Assembly (NCBI RefSeq): GCF_963921235.1
Contig: NC_086108.1
Span: 110,238,001-110,302,000, forward strand
DNA: 64,000 bases
Direction: 5' to 3'
Origin: Mobula hypostoma
Lineage: Eukaryota
In this document: one piece after another, positions 12,079 to 25,268 of the stretch
How the letters are laid out: each line of letters opens with the position of its first letter
Position numbering within the stretch: the stretch's first letter is position 1
Program-made: the position numbers and the translations under genes
Notes under the pieces: model-generated
Database searches by the model: none
What the model was told of the DNA's origin: nothing
What the model saw: only the letters and a program-made list of their open reading frames with translations

Positions 12079-12644
12079 GAAAGTTCTGCTAAAGACCACT
12101 ATTCAATTAGGGCTGAAGTTTCATTTACAAATAAGCACTGAGAACAATAATGAGTTATAATTCATGGTCACATTCAGTATCCCACCTTATCACTTGTCAT
12201 CTGTGGCAAAATATATATGCACCATCCATCATTAAAGGCCCCTATCACCCAGGACATGCCTGCTTCACATTGCTACCATCAGGTACAGGAGCCTGAAGAC
12301 ACACACTAAACATTTGAGGAATTGCTTCTTCCCCTGTACCATCAGATTTCTGAATGGTCGATGAACCCATGAACAATTCCTCACTTATTTTTCCCTCTTT
12401 ACACTATTTTCTTTTTTTAATATATACTTATATACTTTGGCACGGACTAAAAGGGCCAAGATGGCCGGTTTCTGTGCTGTAATTGTTATATGGTTATTAT
12501 TATGCATTGCAATGTACTGCTACAAAACACCAAATTTCACAATATATACTGTATATTAAACCTGATACCTAGTATTCGACAAAAACAAACTGCAGGTCAC
12601 TGCCTATCTCCTCAGGCTGTCTTTTCAGAACAGAGCTTGGCTTT

Positions 12645-12965
12645 AATGAAAGGCCTTGATAGAATGGATATCATGGATATTGAAAGGATGTTTCCTATAG
12701 TGGCTTGTACGGGAGGGCACGACTTCAGAATAGAGGAATTTCTCTTTAGAGCAGATGAGGAATTTCTTTAGCCAAAGGGTGGTGAATCTGCAATTCATTT
12801 CCATAGACATGCAAAGTAATTGTGTATTTTTGAAGCAGAGGTTGAGTAGGCTGTTGAAGAGTAGGGATGTTTAAGGTCATGCGGAGAAGACAGGAGAATG
12901 GGGTTGAGGTGGAATGGCATAGCAAACTTGATGGGCTGAAAGACGTACTTCTAAACCTTATGGTC
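12645..12965 (+). mobile_element. CR1 3' fragment
   Basis: KGLDR..ERMFP, GGTGAATCTG and CR1 3' UTR. Confidence 0.7.
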
Positions 12966-13559
12966 TAATTAATTGTAAATTCTGTAAGCATGTGGAAGCA
13001 TTAGTGAAAGGTAGGACAGGTTAAAATCCTTTAAATTTTTTTTCCGATAACTCGAATATTTGATTTTTTAATTTACAAGTGGTTACTTTTTTTCAAATTC
13101 TGATGTATTATCATTAACTCCAGTTCCAATAGTTCCTATTTAGATCATCTAATAAATCTTTGAGCTGGGGTCTTATTTCAATTCCTCAACCGAAGGCACT
13201 AATCACATTTGGAAGAGGTTCAGAAATAATACCTTTGCTCTGTGTAGCAATAACTGTTGAAAGATTCTGTGCTTGTTAGTGTCATTGTCATAAACTGGAT
13301 ACAGATGCAGCAATTTTACAGTCTATTGTAATGTCTTTTGTTATTGGATCCTCTCTTTTATGGCTTTGTTTTGAAGCTTGTTTAGTTTTAAGGCATGTGG
13401 ATTACCCTGTAATGTGGTTGAAATATCAGAACTATGTGATCACTGTTTAAATGTTTGTAATGGCTTAAATCACTTTTCTGAAAGTTTTATGACAGACAAT
13501 TGGTTATTGAGTGGTGTTTGTTTTGACAAGTTTAAAATATAGGTTCAATTTTTAATTTT

Positions 13560-14210
13560 TTGTTTACAGATAAAGCACAGAACAGGCACTTACACCCCTT
13601 CAAGCCAAGTCGCCCGGTAACCCACTGATTTAATCCTAACCTAATCACGGGGCAATTTACAATGACCAATTAACCTACTTTGATAGAGGTGTACTTTAAA
13701 TAACAAGAGGCATAGACTCGATGGCCTTTTACCTAGTGTAGCAATGACAAATACAAGAGAACATAATTTCAAGGTGATTGGAGGAAAGTATAATGGAGGT
13801 GTCAAAGGTGAGTTTTTTTTTAAACAGAGTTGTGGATGCATGGAATGCGCTGCCAAAGTGGTGGTAGAGACAGGTATGTCAGAGGTATTTAAGAGACTTT
13901 TAGATAGACACATGCTGAAAGAAAAATGGAGGCGGGGGTGCAATGAAGGAGGGAACGGTTAGATTGATCTTGGAATAGCGGGGTTGGGTCTTTTTATTTA
14001 TTTAGTAATACAGCGCTAATTCCCGATTAAACCTAACCCAATCAAGGGACATTTTATTAATCTACTGGTTATATCTTCGGATTGTGGGCGGAAACGAGGA
14101 CCTGGAGAAAGCCCATGCGTTCCATGGGGAGGACATACAGAGGCTCCTTGGAGAACAGCACCGGAGTTGATCTCCAAATTCTAGAGCTCCAAGTTACAAT
14201 AGCATCAGGC
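13560..14210. mobile_element. V-SINE fragments (-) around a CR1 3' fragment (+, about 13682-13980)
   Basis: GGGCAATTTACAATGACCAATTAACCTAC SINE motif; TNTREHNFKVIG CR1 motif. Confidence 0.6.
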
Positions 14211-14503
14211 TGTTAAAATACTGCACACTTCCTTTTTAATTTCTTTGTATGGTATATTTTAGAAATTCTTTGATCATGCTGCAAATTCACTTGACTGTAT
14301 AATGAAGTGATTTTGTTTTAGGCAGCTATTACTGTAGGGAATGAAAATTACAGCCTGAGACTGTTCGACTATTGCTTCAGCATTGACTTAAGCAGAGCTA
14401 AATATGCCTCAGTTCTCCTGGCAAAATTGATTTTGTGTAAACTTCAGTCATGGTATCAGATGCTGCTTGTGATACATCATCACTGACAATATCATACCTT
14501 TTT

Positions 14504-14517
14504 GTGCCCTCTAGTGG
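14504..14517 (-). promoter_or_regulatory. CTCF-binding core motif
   Basis: GTGCCCTCTAGTGG = minus strand CCACTAGAGGGCAC, matching the CTCF consensus, in non-repetitive sequence. Confidence 0.5.
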
Positions 14518-15129
14518 TCTGATTCACTTTATATTTCAATTGTGTGAGCTATAATAGGTGTGGTTTAATCACCAAATATTTCCAGCATTTTCATGCTGAC
14601 AGCAACAGACTCAAAGAATCATTAGGGTTTACTTGTTCAGTAAATTACAAGCCAGTCTGAAAAATTCTTTTGGAATGTGTAATATAGGAAAACACTACAT
14701 TTAGTCCACAGTTACTTTTGTTACGAGTTGGCAGCAGAAATGAGATGCAAGTTTGATGACACCATTTAAGAGAAATTTGGATGGATGTACGTGGATGGGG
14801 AGAGGTGTGAAGGGCTATGGTCCAGGTGCCTAGATGGGACGATGCAGAATAATAGTTCTGCACGGACTGGATGGATCATAATGTTCTATGACTTAAAAAC
14901 CCTGCTTTTAAATACACATTTATTTATTGAAACTTTTAAAATCCTTTGTATCCAGAAGAATTAGATTGCTTGTGTATTTGTTTTGAAGTGTCGGGTATAT
15001 TTTGTAGTTTTCTAAATGGAATCACTACTTTATATGCAGCTTTCAATCTGACACTAGTTCTATCTTGGCCTAATTCACTGAATTCTACCTGGTCCAGTAG
15101 GTTCAGTTTATCACCTTGCTGTACCACGT

Positions 15130-15985
15130 AGGATTAATGCCGGATCTTTATAAGGCATTGGTCATACTTGCAATATTGTGAGCAGTTTTGGGCCCCTTAT
15201 CTAAGAAAATATTTATTTATTTTTGAGATACATTGTGGAATCGGCCATTTGAGCCATGCCACCCAATAGCCCCCGAATTTATTCCAAGCCTAATCGTGGG
15301 ACAATTTACAATGACCAATTACCTACCAACCGATCCATCTTTAGCTGTGGGAGGAAACCAGATCACCCATAATAAACCCATGCGCTCACGCAGAGAATAT
15401 GCAAATTTACAGGCAGTGGCAGGAATTGAACCCAGGTCACTGGTACTGTAAAGAATTGTGCTCACCACTACACTACTGAGCCACCCTGTGTTGGCATTGG
15501 AGAGGTTCACAAGAATGAACTTGGGAATGAAAGGGTTAACATATGAGGAGTGTTTGATATCTCTGGCTATCTGGCCTATATTCACTGGAGTTTAGAAGAA
15601 TTGTGGGGGGGGAATCTTATTGAAACTACTGAATATTGAAAGGCCCAGAGATGGAATCAAAGTTCTGGAGAGAATGTTTCCTTTATTGGGGGAGTCTAGG
15701 ACCAGGGAGTATAACCTCAATAGTAGGACACCCATTTAGAACAAAGATGAGAATGAATTTCATTAGCCAGAGGGTGGTGAATCTGTGAAATTCATTGCCA
15801 CTAACAGCTGTGGAGGCCAAGTTATTGGGTATATTTGAAGTAGAGGTTGATATGTTATTGAGTAGTTAGGCATCAAAGGTTACAGCAAGAGAGTGGAGTT
15901 GAGAGGGAGAATAAATCAGCCATGATGGAATGGCTGAGCAGACTCAATAGGCAAAATGGCCTAATTCTGCTCCTGCATCTTATGT
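15130..15985 (+). mobile_element. CR1 3' fragment interrupted by an antisense V-SINE (about 15210-15488)
   Basis: LYKALV and TTTTGGGCCCCTTATCTAAGAAA, resuming at GTGTTGGCATTGGAGAGG. Confidence 0.75.
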
Positions 15986-16739
15986 TCTGAAGACCTAAGA
16001 CGTTGACTGGCTCTCTTTCGACAAGCTCAGATTCCCAGGATTGACAGATTTCATTTATTTTCCTGTGTAAGCTCCAGTTCCCTTTGCTGTTTGCCAGAAT
16101 TGTTGACCCAGAAAGTGATGGTGCATTTATGATACCAAAATAAGAGAGGTAGAGGAAATTCACTCTTGGAATCGGATCTAATGTGTTGTCATTTTAACAG
16201 GCTTTGAGGCAAATCCTTATTTGGCAACATTTTTTAATCTGTTAGGCTCTCTGAGTTCAGCATAAGCACCTGAGTTTAAAATCTGAATAGCAACATGTAT
16301 TTTTTTTTAATATGCCAGTAATTCTAGTCTTGGATGACTTCCATCCAGCAGTAGTATTGAAATCCCAGTTGGCAGCTCAAAATTTGGCTCTGTGTCTTTG
16401 TCAGAAGTTGCTCATGTGCCAAAATACCAGAGCAATTTCTGTGGAAGACATAAGCTGATTTTGTTACACAAGTATGTGCTGCAGTGATACTGATGCCATT
16501 TAAAGTTCAAAGTACATTTATTGTCAAAGTATGTATACATTATACAATCTTGAGATCCAAGTGCTCCTGCCACGTTTTGTCACCCTATAACCTTATACTT
16601 CCATCTCTTTGAATTATGGAGGACAGCATGTGTATAAATGTCTCTCTCCAGCAGACTTCATCATATAACCATATAACAATTACAGCACGGAAACAGGCCA
16701 TATCGACCCTTCTAGTCCGTGCCAAACTCTTACTCTCAC

Positions 16740-17711
16740 CTAGTCCCACTGACCTGCACTCAGCCCATAACCCTCCATTCCTTTCGTGTCCATATATCTA
16801 TCCAATTTAACTTTAAACGACAACATCGAACCTGCCTCAACCACTTCTGCTGGAAGCTCGTTCCACACAGCTACCACTCTCTGAGTAAAGAAGTTCCCCC
16901 TCATGTTACCCCTAAACTTTTGCCCTTTAACTCTCAACTCATGTCCTCTTGTTTGAATCTCCCCCACTCTCAATGGAAAAAGCCTATCCATGTCAACTCT
17001 ATCTATCCCCCTCATAATTTTAAATACCTCTATCAAGTCCCCCCTCAACCTTTTACACTGCAAAGAATAAAGACCCAACTGGTTCAACCTTTCTCCGTAA
17101 CTTAGTTGATGAAACCCAGGTAATATTCTAGTAAATCTTCTCTGTATTCTCTCTATTTTGTTGACATCTTTCCTATAGTTCGGTGACCAAAACTGTACAC
17201 AATACTCCAAATTTGGCCTCACCAATGCCTTGTACAATTTCAACATTACATCCCAACTCCTATACTCAATGCTCTGATTTATAAAAACCAGCATACCAAA
17301 AGCTTTCTTCACCACCCTATCCACATGAGATTCCACCTTCAGGGAACTATGCACCTTTATTCCTAGATCCCTCTGTACTGCATTCTTCAATGCCCTACCA
17401 TTTACCATGTATGTCCTATTTTGATTAGTCCTACCAAAAAGTAGCACCTCACATTTTTCAGCATTGAACTCCATCTCCCATCTTTCAGCCCATTCTTCTA
17501 ACTGGCCTAAATCTCTCTGCAAACTTTGAAAACCTACTTCATTATCCACAACTCCACCTATCTTAGTATCATCTGCATACTTACTCGTCCAATTTACCAC
17601 CCTATCATCCAGATCATTAATGTATATGACAAACAACATTGGACCCAGTACAGATCCCTGAGGCACACCACTAGTCACTGGTCTCCAATCTGACAAACAG
17701 TTATCCACCAC
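16740..17711 (-). pseudogene. CR1 ORF2 RT C-terminal fragment (323 aa)
   Basis: SGVPQGSVLGP, KYADDTK, RDLG, LVRPNLEYCVQFWSP, TRGH, WNELP. Confidence 0.9.
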
Positions 17712-19765
17712 TATTCTCTGGCGTCTCCCATCCAGCCACTGCTGAATCCATTTTACTACTTCAATATTAATACCTAACGATTGAACCTTCCTAACTAACT
17801 TTCTGTGTGGAACCTTGTCAAAGGCCTAACTGAAGTCCAGACAGACAACATCCACCGCTTTACCCTCGTCAACTTTCCTAGTAACCTCTTCAAAAAAATC
17901 AATAAGATTTGTCAAACATAACCTTCCACGCACGAATCCATGTTGACTATTCCTAATCAGACCCTGTCTATCCAGATAATTATATATACGATCTCTAAGG
18001 ATACTTTCCATTAATTTACCCACCACTGACGTCAAACTCACAGGCTGATAATTGCTCGGTTTACTCTTAGAACCCTTTTTAAACAATGGAACCACATGAG
18101 CAATACACCAATCCTCTGGCACCAACCCCATTCTAATGACATTTGAAATATTTCTGTCAGAGCCCCTCTTATTTCCACATTAACTTCCCTGAAGGTCCTA
18201 GGGAATATCCTTTCAGGACCCGGAGACTTATCCACTTTTATATTCCTTAAAAGCTCCAGTACTTCCTCCTCTTTAATCATCATAGTTTCCATAACTTCCC
18301 TACCTGTTTCCCTTACCTTACACAATTCAATATCCTTCTCCTTCGTGAATACCGAAGAAAAGAAATTGTTCAGAATCTCCCCCATCTCTTTTGGTTCCAC
18401 ACATAGCGGTCCACTCTGATTCTCTAAGGGACCAATTTTATCCCTCACTATCCTTTTGCTATAATATAACTGTAGAAACCCTTGGGATTTATTTTCACCT
18501 TACTTGCCAAAGCAGCCTCATCTTTTAGCTTTTCTAATTTCTTTCTTAAGATTCTTTTTACATTCTTTATATTCCTCGAGCACCTCATTTACTCCATGCT
18601 GCCTATATTTATTGTAGATATCTCTCTTTTTCCAAACCAAGTTTCCAATATCCCTTGAAAACCATGGCTCTCTCAAACTTTTAACCTTTCCTTTCAACTT
18701 AACAGGAACATAAAGATTCCGTACCCTCAAAATTTCACCTTTAAATGACCTCCATTTCTCTATTACATCCTTCCCATCAAACAAATTGTCCCAATCCACT
18801 CCTTCTAAATCCTTTCACATCTCCTCAAAGTTGGCCTTTCTCCAATCAAAAATCTCAACCCTGGCTCCAGACCTATCCTTCTCCATAATTATATTGAAAC
18901 TAATGGCATTGTGATCACTAGACCCGAAGTGCTCCCCAAAACAAACCTCCGTCACCTGGCCTATCTCATTCCCTAACAGGAGATCCAGAACTGCCCCTTC
19001 TCTAGTTGGTACCTCTATGCATTGCCGCAAAAAACTATCCTGCCCACATTTTACAAACTCTAAACCATCCAGCCCTTTTACAGTCTGGGCTTCTCAGTCT
19101 GTGTGGAAAACTAAAATCTCCCACAATCACAACCTTGTGCTTACTACAAACATCTGCTATCTCCTTACAAATTTGCTCTTCCAATTCTCGTTCCCTATTT
19201 GGTTATCTATAATACACCCCCATAAGTGTTACTACACCTTTCCCATTCCTCAATTCCACCCAAATAGCCTCCCTAGACGAGCCCTCTAATCTATCCTGCC
19301 AGAGCACCGCTGTAATATTTTCTCTGACAAGCAATGCAACACCTCCCCCTCTTGTCCCTCCGATTCTATCACACCTGAAGCAAATAAATCCAGGAATATT
19401 TAGTTGCCAGTCACACCCCTCCTGTAACCATGTTTCACTAATAGCTACCACGTCATACTTCGAGTTATCAATCCATGCTTTAAGCTCATCCACCTTTCTT
19501 ATAATGCTTCTAGCATTAAAATAAATGCATTTAAGAAATTTTCCACCTCTTACTCTCTGTTTATCACTAACGGTGCAAACAACTTTACTATTTTCTTTTT
19601 CTTCTTACTCACCTACATCTGTTCCTACACTCTAGTTCCCCTCCCTCCTTGTATCTAGTTTAAATCCACTGACGCCTCTCTAGCAAACCTACCTGCAAGA
19701 ATATTTGTCCCCTTCCAGTTCAGATGTAAAACGTTCTGCCGGAACAGGTCTCCCTGGAAAACTGC

Positions 19766-20502
19766 CTAATTATCTATAAATCTGAAGCCCTCCCTCCTGC
19801 ACCATGTCTTCAGCCTGTCCTTTAACTTGGCGCCTAACTCCCTAAACTCACCTTTCAGGACCACCTCACTCTTCCTACCCATGTCATTCGTCCCTACATG
19901 GACCACGACATCTGGCTGCTCACCGTCCCTCTCGAGAATGCTGAGAACTCGATCCGAGATATCGGTGACCTTGGTACCACGGAGGCAACAGATCATCCAG
20001 GATTCTCGATCTCTTCCACAGAACCTCTTATCTGTCCCCCTAACTATCGAATCCCTTATCACTACTGTTCTCCTCTTTTCCCTCCTTTCCTTCTGAGCTG
20101 AGGGTCCCGTCTCGGTGCCAGAGATGCAACCACTGCAACTTGTCCCTGGTAGGTCGTCCCCATCGACAGTATCCAAAATGATGTACTTATTATTTGTGGG
20201 AACAGCCACAGGGGTGTTCTGCTCATTCTGTCTATTCCCCTTCCCTTCCCCCTCCTGACAGTCACCCAGCTACCTGTTTCCTGGCTCTTAGGGGTGACTA
20301 TCTCCCTGTAACTCCTGTTTATTTCTGCCTCTGCCTCCCAAATGATCCGAAGTTCATCCAGCTCCAGTTCCCTAACTCGGTTTGTCAGGAGCTGCAGCTG
20401 GATGCACCTTTTACAGGTGTAGTCATCAGGGATGATTGTGCTCACCCTGACTTCCCACATCCTGCAAACAGAGCACTCAACTGCCCTAACTGCTGCCTCC
20501 AT
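19766..20502 (-). pseudogene. CR1 ORF1 (zinc motif/coiled coil plus SGNH esterase), frameshifted
   Basis: Overlapping ORFs 20062-20502 and 19766-20209. Confidence 0.8.
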
Positions 20503-21074
20503 TACCTACTCTTAGGGTAATTAGATTTATTAAAGGAACTTACCCAGCCTCTGCTCGCCGAAGCCATGACTCCAGTATTTCTACTATTTTTTAATGTTTC
20601 TTAATTGTACATATGATTTTTTTTTGTGTTCTATTGCTGAGCAGCAGTGAACCATCTGATTGGCCTATCAGAGTTCCCTTCGGGAACTAGTTGACTTGAT
20701 CAGCATTTCTGATCTGGCTATTGTTCACGATTGCATTTAATAAAAAAAATCTCCTTACAGGCAGCTATAAAACAAGAAACCCAAAAGGACCCATTAAAAA
20801 AACCAACAAACAGCCAATATGCAGAGTAAGAGGAAAAAAACAAATCGTGCAAACAAGAAGTAAGCAAATCACATTTAGAATGAAAGTAAGTCATCTGACG
20901 CAAAGCCCAGAGCAGCCCCACTACCTCAGCCCTAGTTCAGCAAATAGAGTAAATGTTGCGGAGCAGCAAGTGGAACCGGCCTGATTCTTGCCTCTGGCCA
21001 CAATAACTTGAGTTTTCAATCCATTTAACCAGGATTTAAATCATCCGAACATTGGGTCGTTCTTCACTCTGTGA

Positions 21075-22062
21075 ATTGGTATTAGACCACTGGAGAATGA
21101 TGCTGGTGAGGTACCGATGGGGGACAAAGAAATGGCATATGAACTTAATGGATCCTTCCATCAGTCTTCACTGTGGAAGACACTAGCAGTATGGCAGAGG
21201 TCTGTGAGTGTCAGGGAGGAGGAGTGAGTGCTGTTGCTATTACAAAGGAAAAAGTGCTAGGCCAGCTGAAACGTCCTAAGGTGAATAAGTCACCTGGATT
21301 GGATGGACCACATCCAGAGGCATGAAAGAGATAACGGATGATCTTTAAAGAATCACTTGATTCTGGCATGATCCTGGAGAACTGGAAAATTGCAAATGTC
21401 ACTCCACTCTTTAAGAAGGGAGGAAGGCAAAAGAAAGAAAATTATAGGCCAGTTAGCCTAACTTCAGTGGTTGGGAAGTGTTGGAATCTATTATTAAGGA
21501 TGAGGTTTCAGGATACTCGGAGACTAATGATGAAATAAGTCAAAGTGAACATAGTTTCTGTAAATTCTGACAAGTCTGTTAGAATTCTTTGAGGAAGTAA
21601 CAAGTAGAATTGGACGGAGGAGAGTCAGTAGATGTCATTTACTTGGGTTTTCAGAAGGCATTTGATAAGGTGCCACACATGAAGTTGCTTAACAAGATAA
21701 AATCCTATAGTGTTACAGGAAAATTACTGGTATGGATAGAGGAAGGCTGACAGGCAGGAGGCAGTGAGTGGGAATAAAGGGGGCCTTTCTGGTTGGCTGC
21801 CAGTGACTAGTGTTCTTTAAGAGTCAGTATTGGAACCACTACCTTTCACATTGGTTGTCAATGATATGGATAATGGAATTGATGGCTTTGTGGCAAAGTT
21901 TGCGGATGATGTGAAGATAGATGGAGGGGTAGGTAACGCTGAGGGAGCAATGAGATTGCAGCAGGATTTAGACAAATTAGAAGAATGGGCAAAAAAGTGG
22001 CAGATGGAATACAGTATTAGCAAATGTATGTAAATGCATTTTGGTAAAAGGAACAATAGTGC
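21075..22062 (+). mobile_element. CR1 RT internal fragment
   Basis: WKIANVTPLFKKG, NYRPVSLTS, AKFADD. Confidence 0.85.
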
Positions 22063-22559
22063 CAAGCTCCTTATTAATATGATGTCTTGTACAGATTGAT
22101 AGAAATCTCATGAAACTTTGCAGTTCTATCAGGTGGATGAGAACATGGAGGGGTTTGATTATTGCAGGTAGTCATAGAATTCTACAGACTAAAAATAGGT
22201 CCTTCAGCTCATTGTATCTTTACTGTTATGCCTATCTATACTAATCCAACCTCCCTGCATTAATTGCATAATCCTGATCATTCAAATGCCTGTCTTTTCC
22301 TGCCTCCACCTCCTCTTGTATCAGGTCATTCCTGAGACCCATGTGCTTTGTCTGGAAAAACTTAGCAGATTCCCTGTAAACCACCTCCCTTTAACCTTTA
22401 GCAGGTGTCGCCCTTATTTTTAGGCACCCAGGCAATGGGAACTGGATATCTACTTTATCTCTGCCTTTCATAATTTTATACGCTTCTGTCTAGAGTCATG
22501 ATAATGCAGTATGCACACAGGCCCTGCAGCCCAGCTCCTCCATGCTGATGACAAACTTC

Positions 22560-22825
22560 CTCAAACGATAATTGGCAGCTCAGCTTTTTTGATATATCCT
22601 CCTAAACTGTGGAATTCAATACCAGAGCTATAGGGGATGCTGACTCAGTTGACGCTTTTAAATGCCAGCTCAAAACCTATTTATTTAACCTTTCTTTTAA
22701 CCAACATCTTTTTATCTTTTATTTCTATGCTTATTTTTATTTTCATGTTTGCAATTTATCCCATTGTAAAGCACTTCGAGCTGCATTGTCTGTATGAAAT
22801 ATACTTTATTAATAAGTTATTATTA
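22560..22825 (+). mobile_element. L2-clade LINE 3' end
   Basis: PKLWNSIP..DADSVDAFKCQLKTYLF; L2-type tail GTAAAGCACTTCGAGCTGCA...TATGAAA..(TTA)n. Confidence 0.7.
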
Positions 22826-23149
22826 TCAAGTTGCTTTTCTGAACTGGAGAATTTTTTTAAAATGGGAAGAATGTAAATGGGTGTGAGATGATCACTGTGG
22901 ATTTAGTAATGCAGGATTACTCTGTGCTCTGTAACCTCTAAATTATACCATTTGCAAAAAGCTGAAGTAATCCCACTGTTCTGAACTGCTGTACTGTGAG
23001 CCAGTAACTGACCTGTTTAACTCTACACTCTAATGTCAGTTAATTTGTCCATTTCATGCTCAATTACACCTGTTTTATAGTAATCTTTGATGAGGTGATA
23101 TGTGACAATACTTGTGGGCAGCCATTTCACTGTATGTGTCAATGTACAG

Positions 23150-23625
23150 GTCAGAATCAGGTTTATTATCACCGGCATGTGACATGAAATTTGTTAACTT
23201 AGCAGCAGTTCAATGCAAAACATAATCTAGCAGAGAGAGAAAAAAAAATAAAGCATAATAAATAAGCAAGCAAATCAATTACATATATTGAATAGATTAT
23301 TGAAAAAATGTACAAAAACAGAAATACTGTATATTTAAAAAGTGAGGTAGTGTCCAACGCTCCAAAGTCCATTTAGGAATCGGATGGCAGAGGGGAAGAA
23401 GCTGTTCCTGAATCGCCTTCAGGCTTCTGTATCTCCTACCTGATGGTAACAGTGAGAAAAGTCCATGCCCTAAGTGCTGGAGGTCTTTAATAATGGATGC
23501 TGCCTTTCTGAGACACTGCTTCCTAAAGATATCCTAGGTACTTTGTAGGCTAGTACCCAAGATGGAGCTGACTAGATTTACAACCTTCTGCAGCTTGTTT
23601 TGGTCCTGTGCAGTAGCCCCTCCAC
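23150..23625 (-). mobile_element. Rex1/Babar LINE 3' fragment
   Basis: Reverse complement matches 40945-41452. Confidence 0.8.
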
Positions 23626-23801
23626 ACTAGTGATGAATAATAAATAAACTTGAATTTTGAACCATGAATGGGGCACAGTATCAAATTCTTCTTCATCTTT
23701 CCACATTATTAAAGATTTTACTGATTAGCTTGTCATATGTATATCAAAACATACAGTGAAATGTGTCATTAGCGTCAACTACCGACACAACCTGAGGATA
23801 T

Positions 23802-24535
23802 CAAGTCAAGTCACTTTTTATTGTCATTTCAACCGTAACTGCTAGTACAGTACACAGTAAAAACGAGACAAAGTTTTTCAGGACCATTTTGCTACATGAA
23901 CAATACAAAAACTACACTGAACTACGTAAAACAACACAAAACTACACTAGACTACAGACCTACCCAGGACTGCATAAAGTGCACAAAACAGTGCAGGCAT
24001 TACAATAAATAATAAACAAGACAATATGCACAGTAGAGGGCAGTAGGTTGGTGTCAGTCCAGGCTCTGGATATTGAGGAGTCTGATGACTTAGGGAAGAA
24101 ACTGTTACATAGCCTGGTCGTGAGAGCCCGAATACTTTGGTGCCTTTTGCCAAATGGCAGGAGGGAGAAGAGTTTGTATTAGGGGTGCATGGGGTCCTTC
24201 ATAACGCTGTTTGCTTTACGGATGCAGCGTGTGGTGTAAATGTCTCTAGTGGCGAGAAGAGTGACCCCAATGATCTCAGCTGACCTCACTATCCGCTGCA
24301 GGGTCTCGCGATCCGAGATGGTGCAATTTCTGAACCAGGCATTGATGCAGCTGCTCAGGATGCTCTCAGTACAACCTCTGTAGAATGTGGTGAAGATGGG
24401 GGGTGGGAGATGGACTTTTCTCAGCCTTCACAGAAAGTAGAGACGCTGCTGGGCTTTCTTTGCTATGGAGCTGGTGTTGAGGGACCAGGTGAGATTCTCC
24501 GCCAGGTGAACACCAAGAAATTTAGTGCTCTTAAC
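23802..24535 (-). mobile_element. Rex1/Babar-like LINE 3' fragment, different subfamily
   Basis: Minus strand encodes [26 protein letters not shown]; (TTGAC) tail. Confidence 0.7.
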
Positions 24536-25268
24536 AATGTTGGCTGCCCCCAGCAAGTGTTGCCACGCTTCCATCATCTACATAGCATGTTCACAATGTT
24601 CTAATTCTTACTAACCCATACATCTTTGGAATGCAGGAGGAAAGGCATGTAGTCACGGGGACAGCAAACAAACTCCTTCCACACAGCATCAGAATGGAAC
24701 CCTGGCGCTGTAAAGAGTTGTGCAAATGCTATGCTTCCATGCAGTGGTGTTAAGCATGTCATCAAGCAACTTACTAAATTCATCAAGTATTAAATTCAAA
24801 GTACCCTTATTATCAAAGTATGTATACAATATACAACCTTGAGATTCTTCTTACAGGCAGTGACGAGGCAAAGAAACCCTAAAGAACATATATATTTACA
24901 AAACTCTGGCAATTTTTGAGTTTACTTTTTAATTTGCATATTGCCTTAAAGAAGAAAACTAGAGGAATTGCCATGATGAGCCTTGAATCATTAGTTTCAA
25001 TCTTTGGGCTGCTAATTCAGTAACATAATCACAGTGTTACCAGTAATTGGCTTGTAACCCGGGGATTCTCTTTAGATTAATTAAGGTTTTTTTTTCTTTG
25101 TTCTGCTGTGCAAAGGTTGGCAGCAGAAATGTGTATTTCAATTGCATCAGGCAATTGTTAGGAGCTCAAGTTTCAGTTCTCTATTGGAGTAGAATTGTTC
25201 TCACTTTATGATCCTGTTGGTGCTTGACAACAATTAAACATGGACTACGTTACCATTGAATTAGCTGC

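Larger units (their letters stand above)
16664..20565 (-). mobile_element. Near-full-length CR1 LINE with frameshifted ORF1 and ORF2
   Basis: ORF1: CSVC..CKRC zinc motif, RDSIVRG and VHVGTND esterase motifs; ORF2: DVVAISETWL, GSSDH, KSPGP, VPQGSVLGP, YADD; 3' tail GTAATTGTTATATGGTTATATG. Confidence 0.95.

Noticed and set aside
14322..14486. Open frame after TTTTAG reading AAITVGNENYSLRLFDYCFSID, faintly like Rho GTPases
   Set aside because: Lacks the invariant DTAG motif, has a weak donor and no other Rho exons nearby; probably coincidence
20506..20543. GTAAGT...TAG mini-intron in the CR1 5' UTR (minus strand)
   Set aside because: Only 38 nt, too short for a typical vertebrate spliceosomal intron, and there is no polypyrimidine tract
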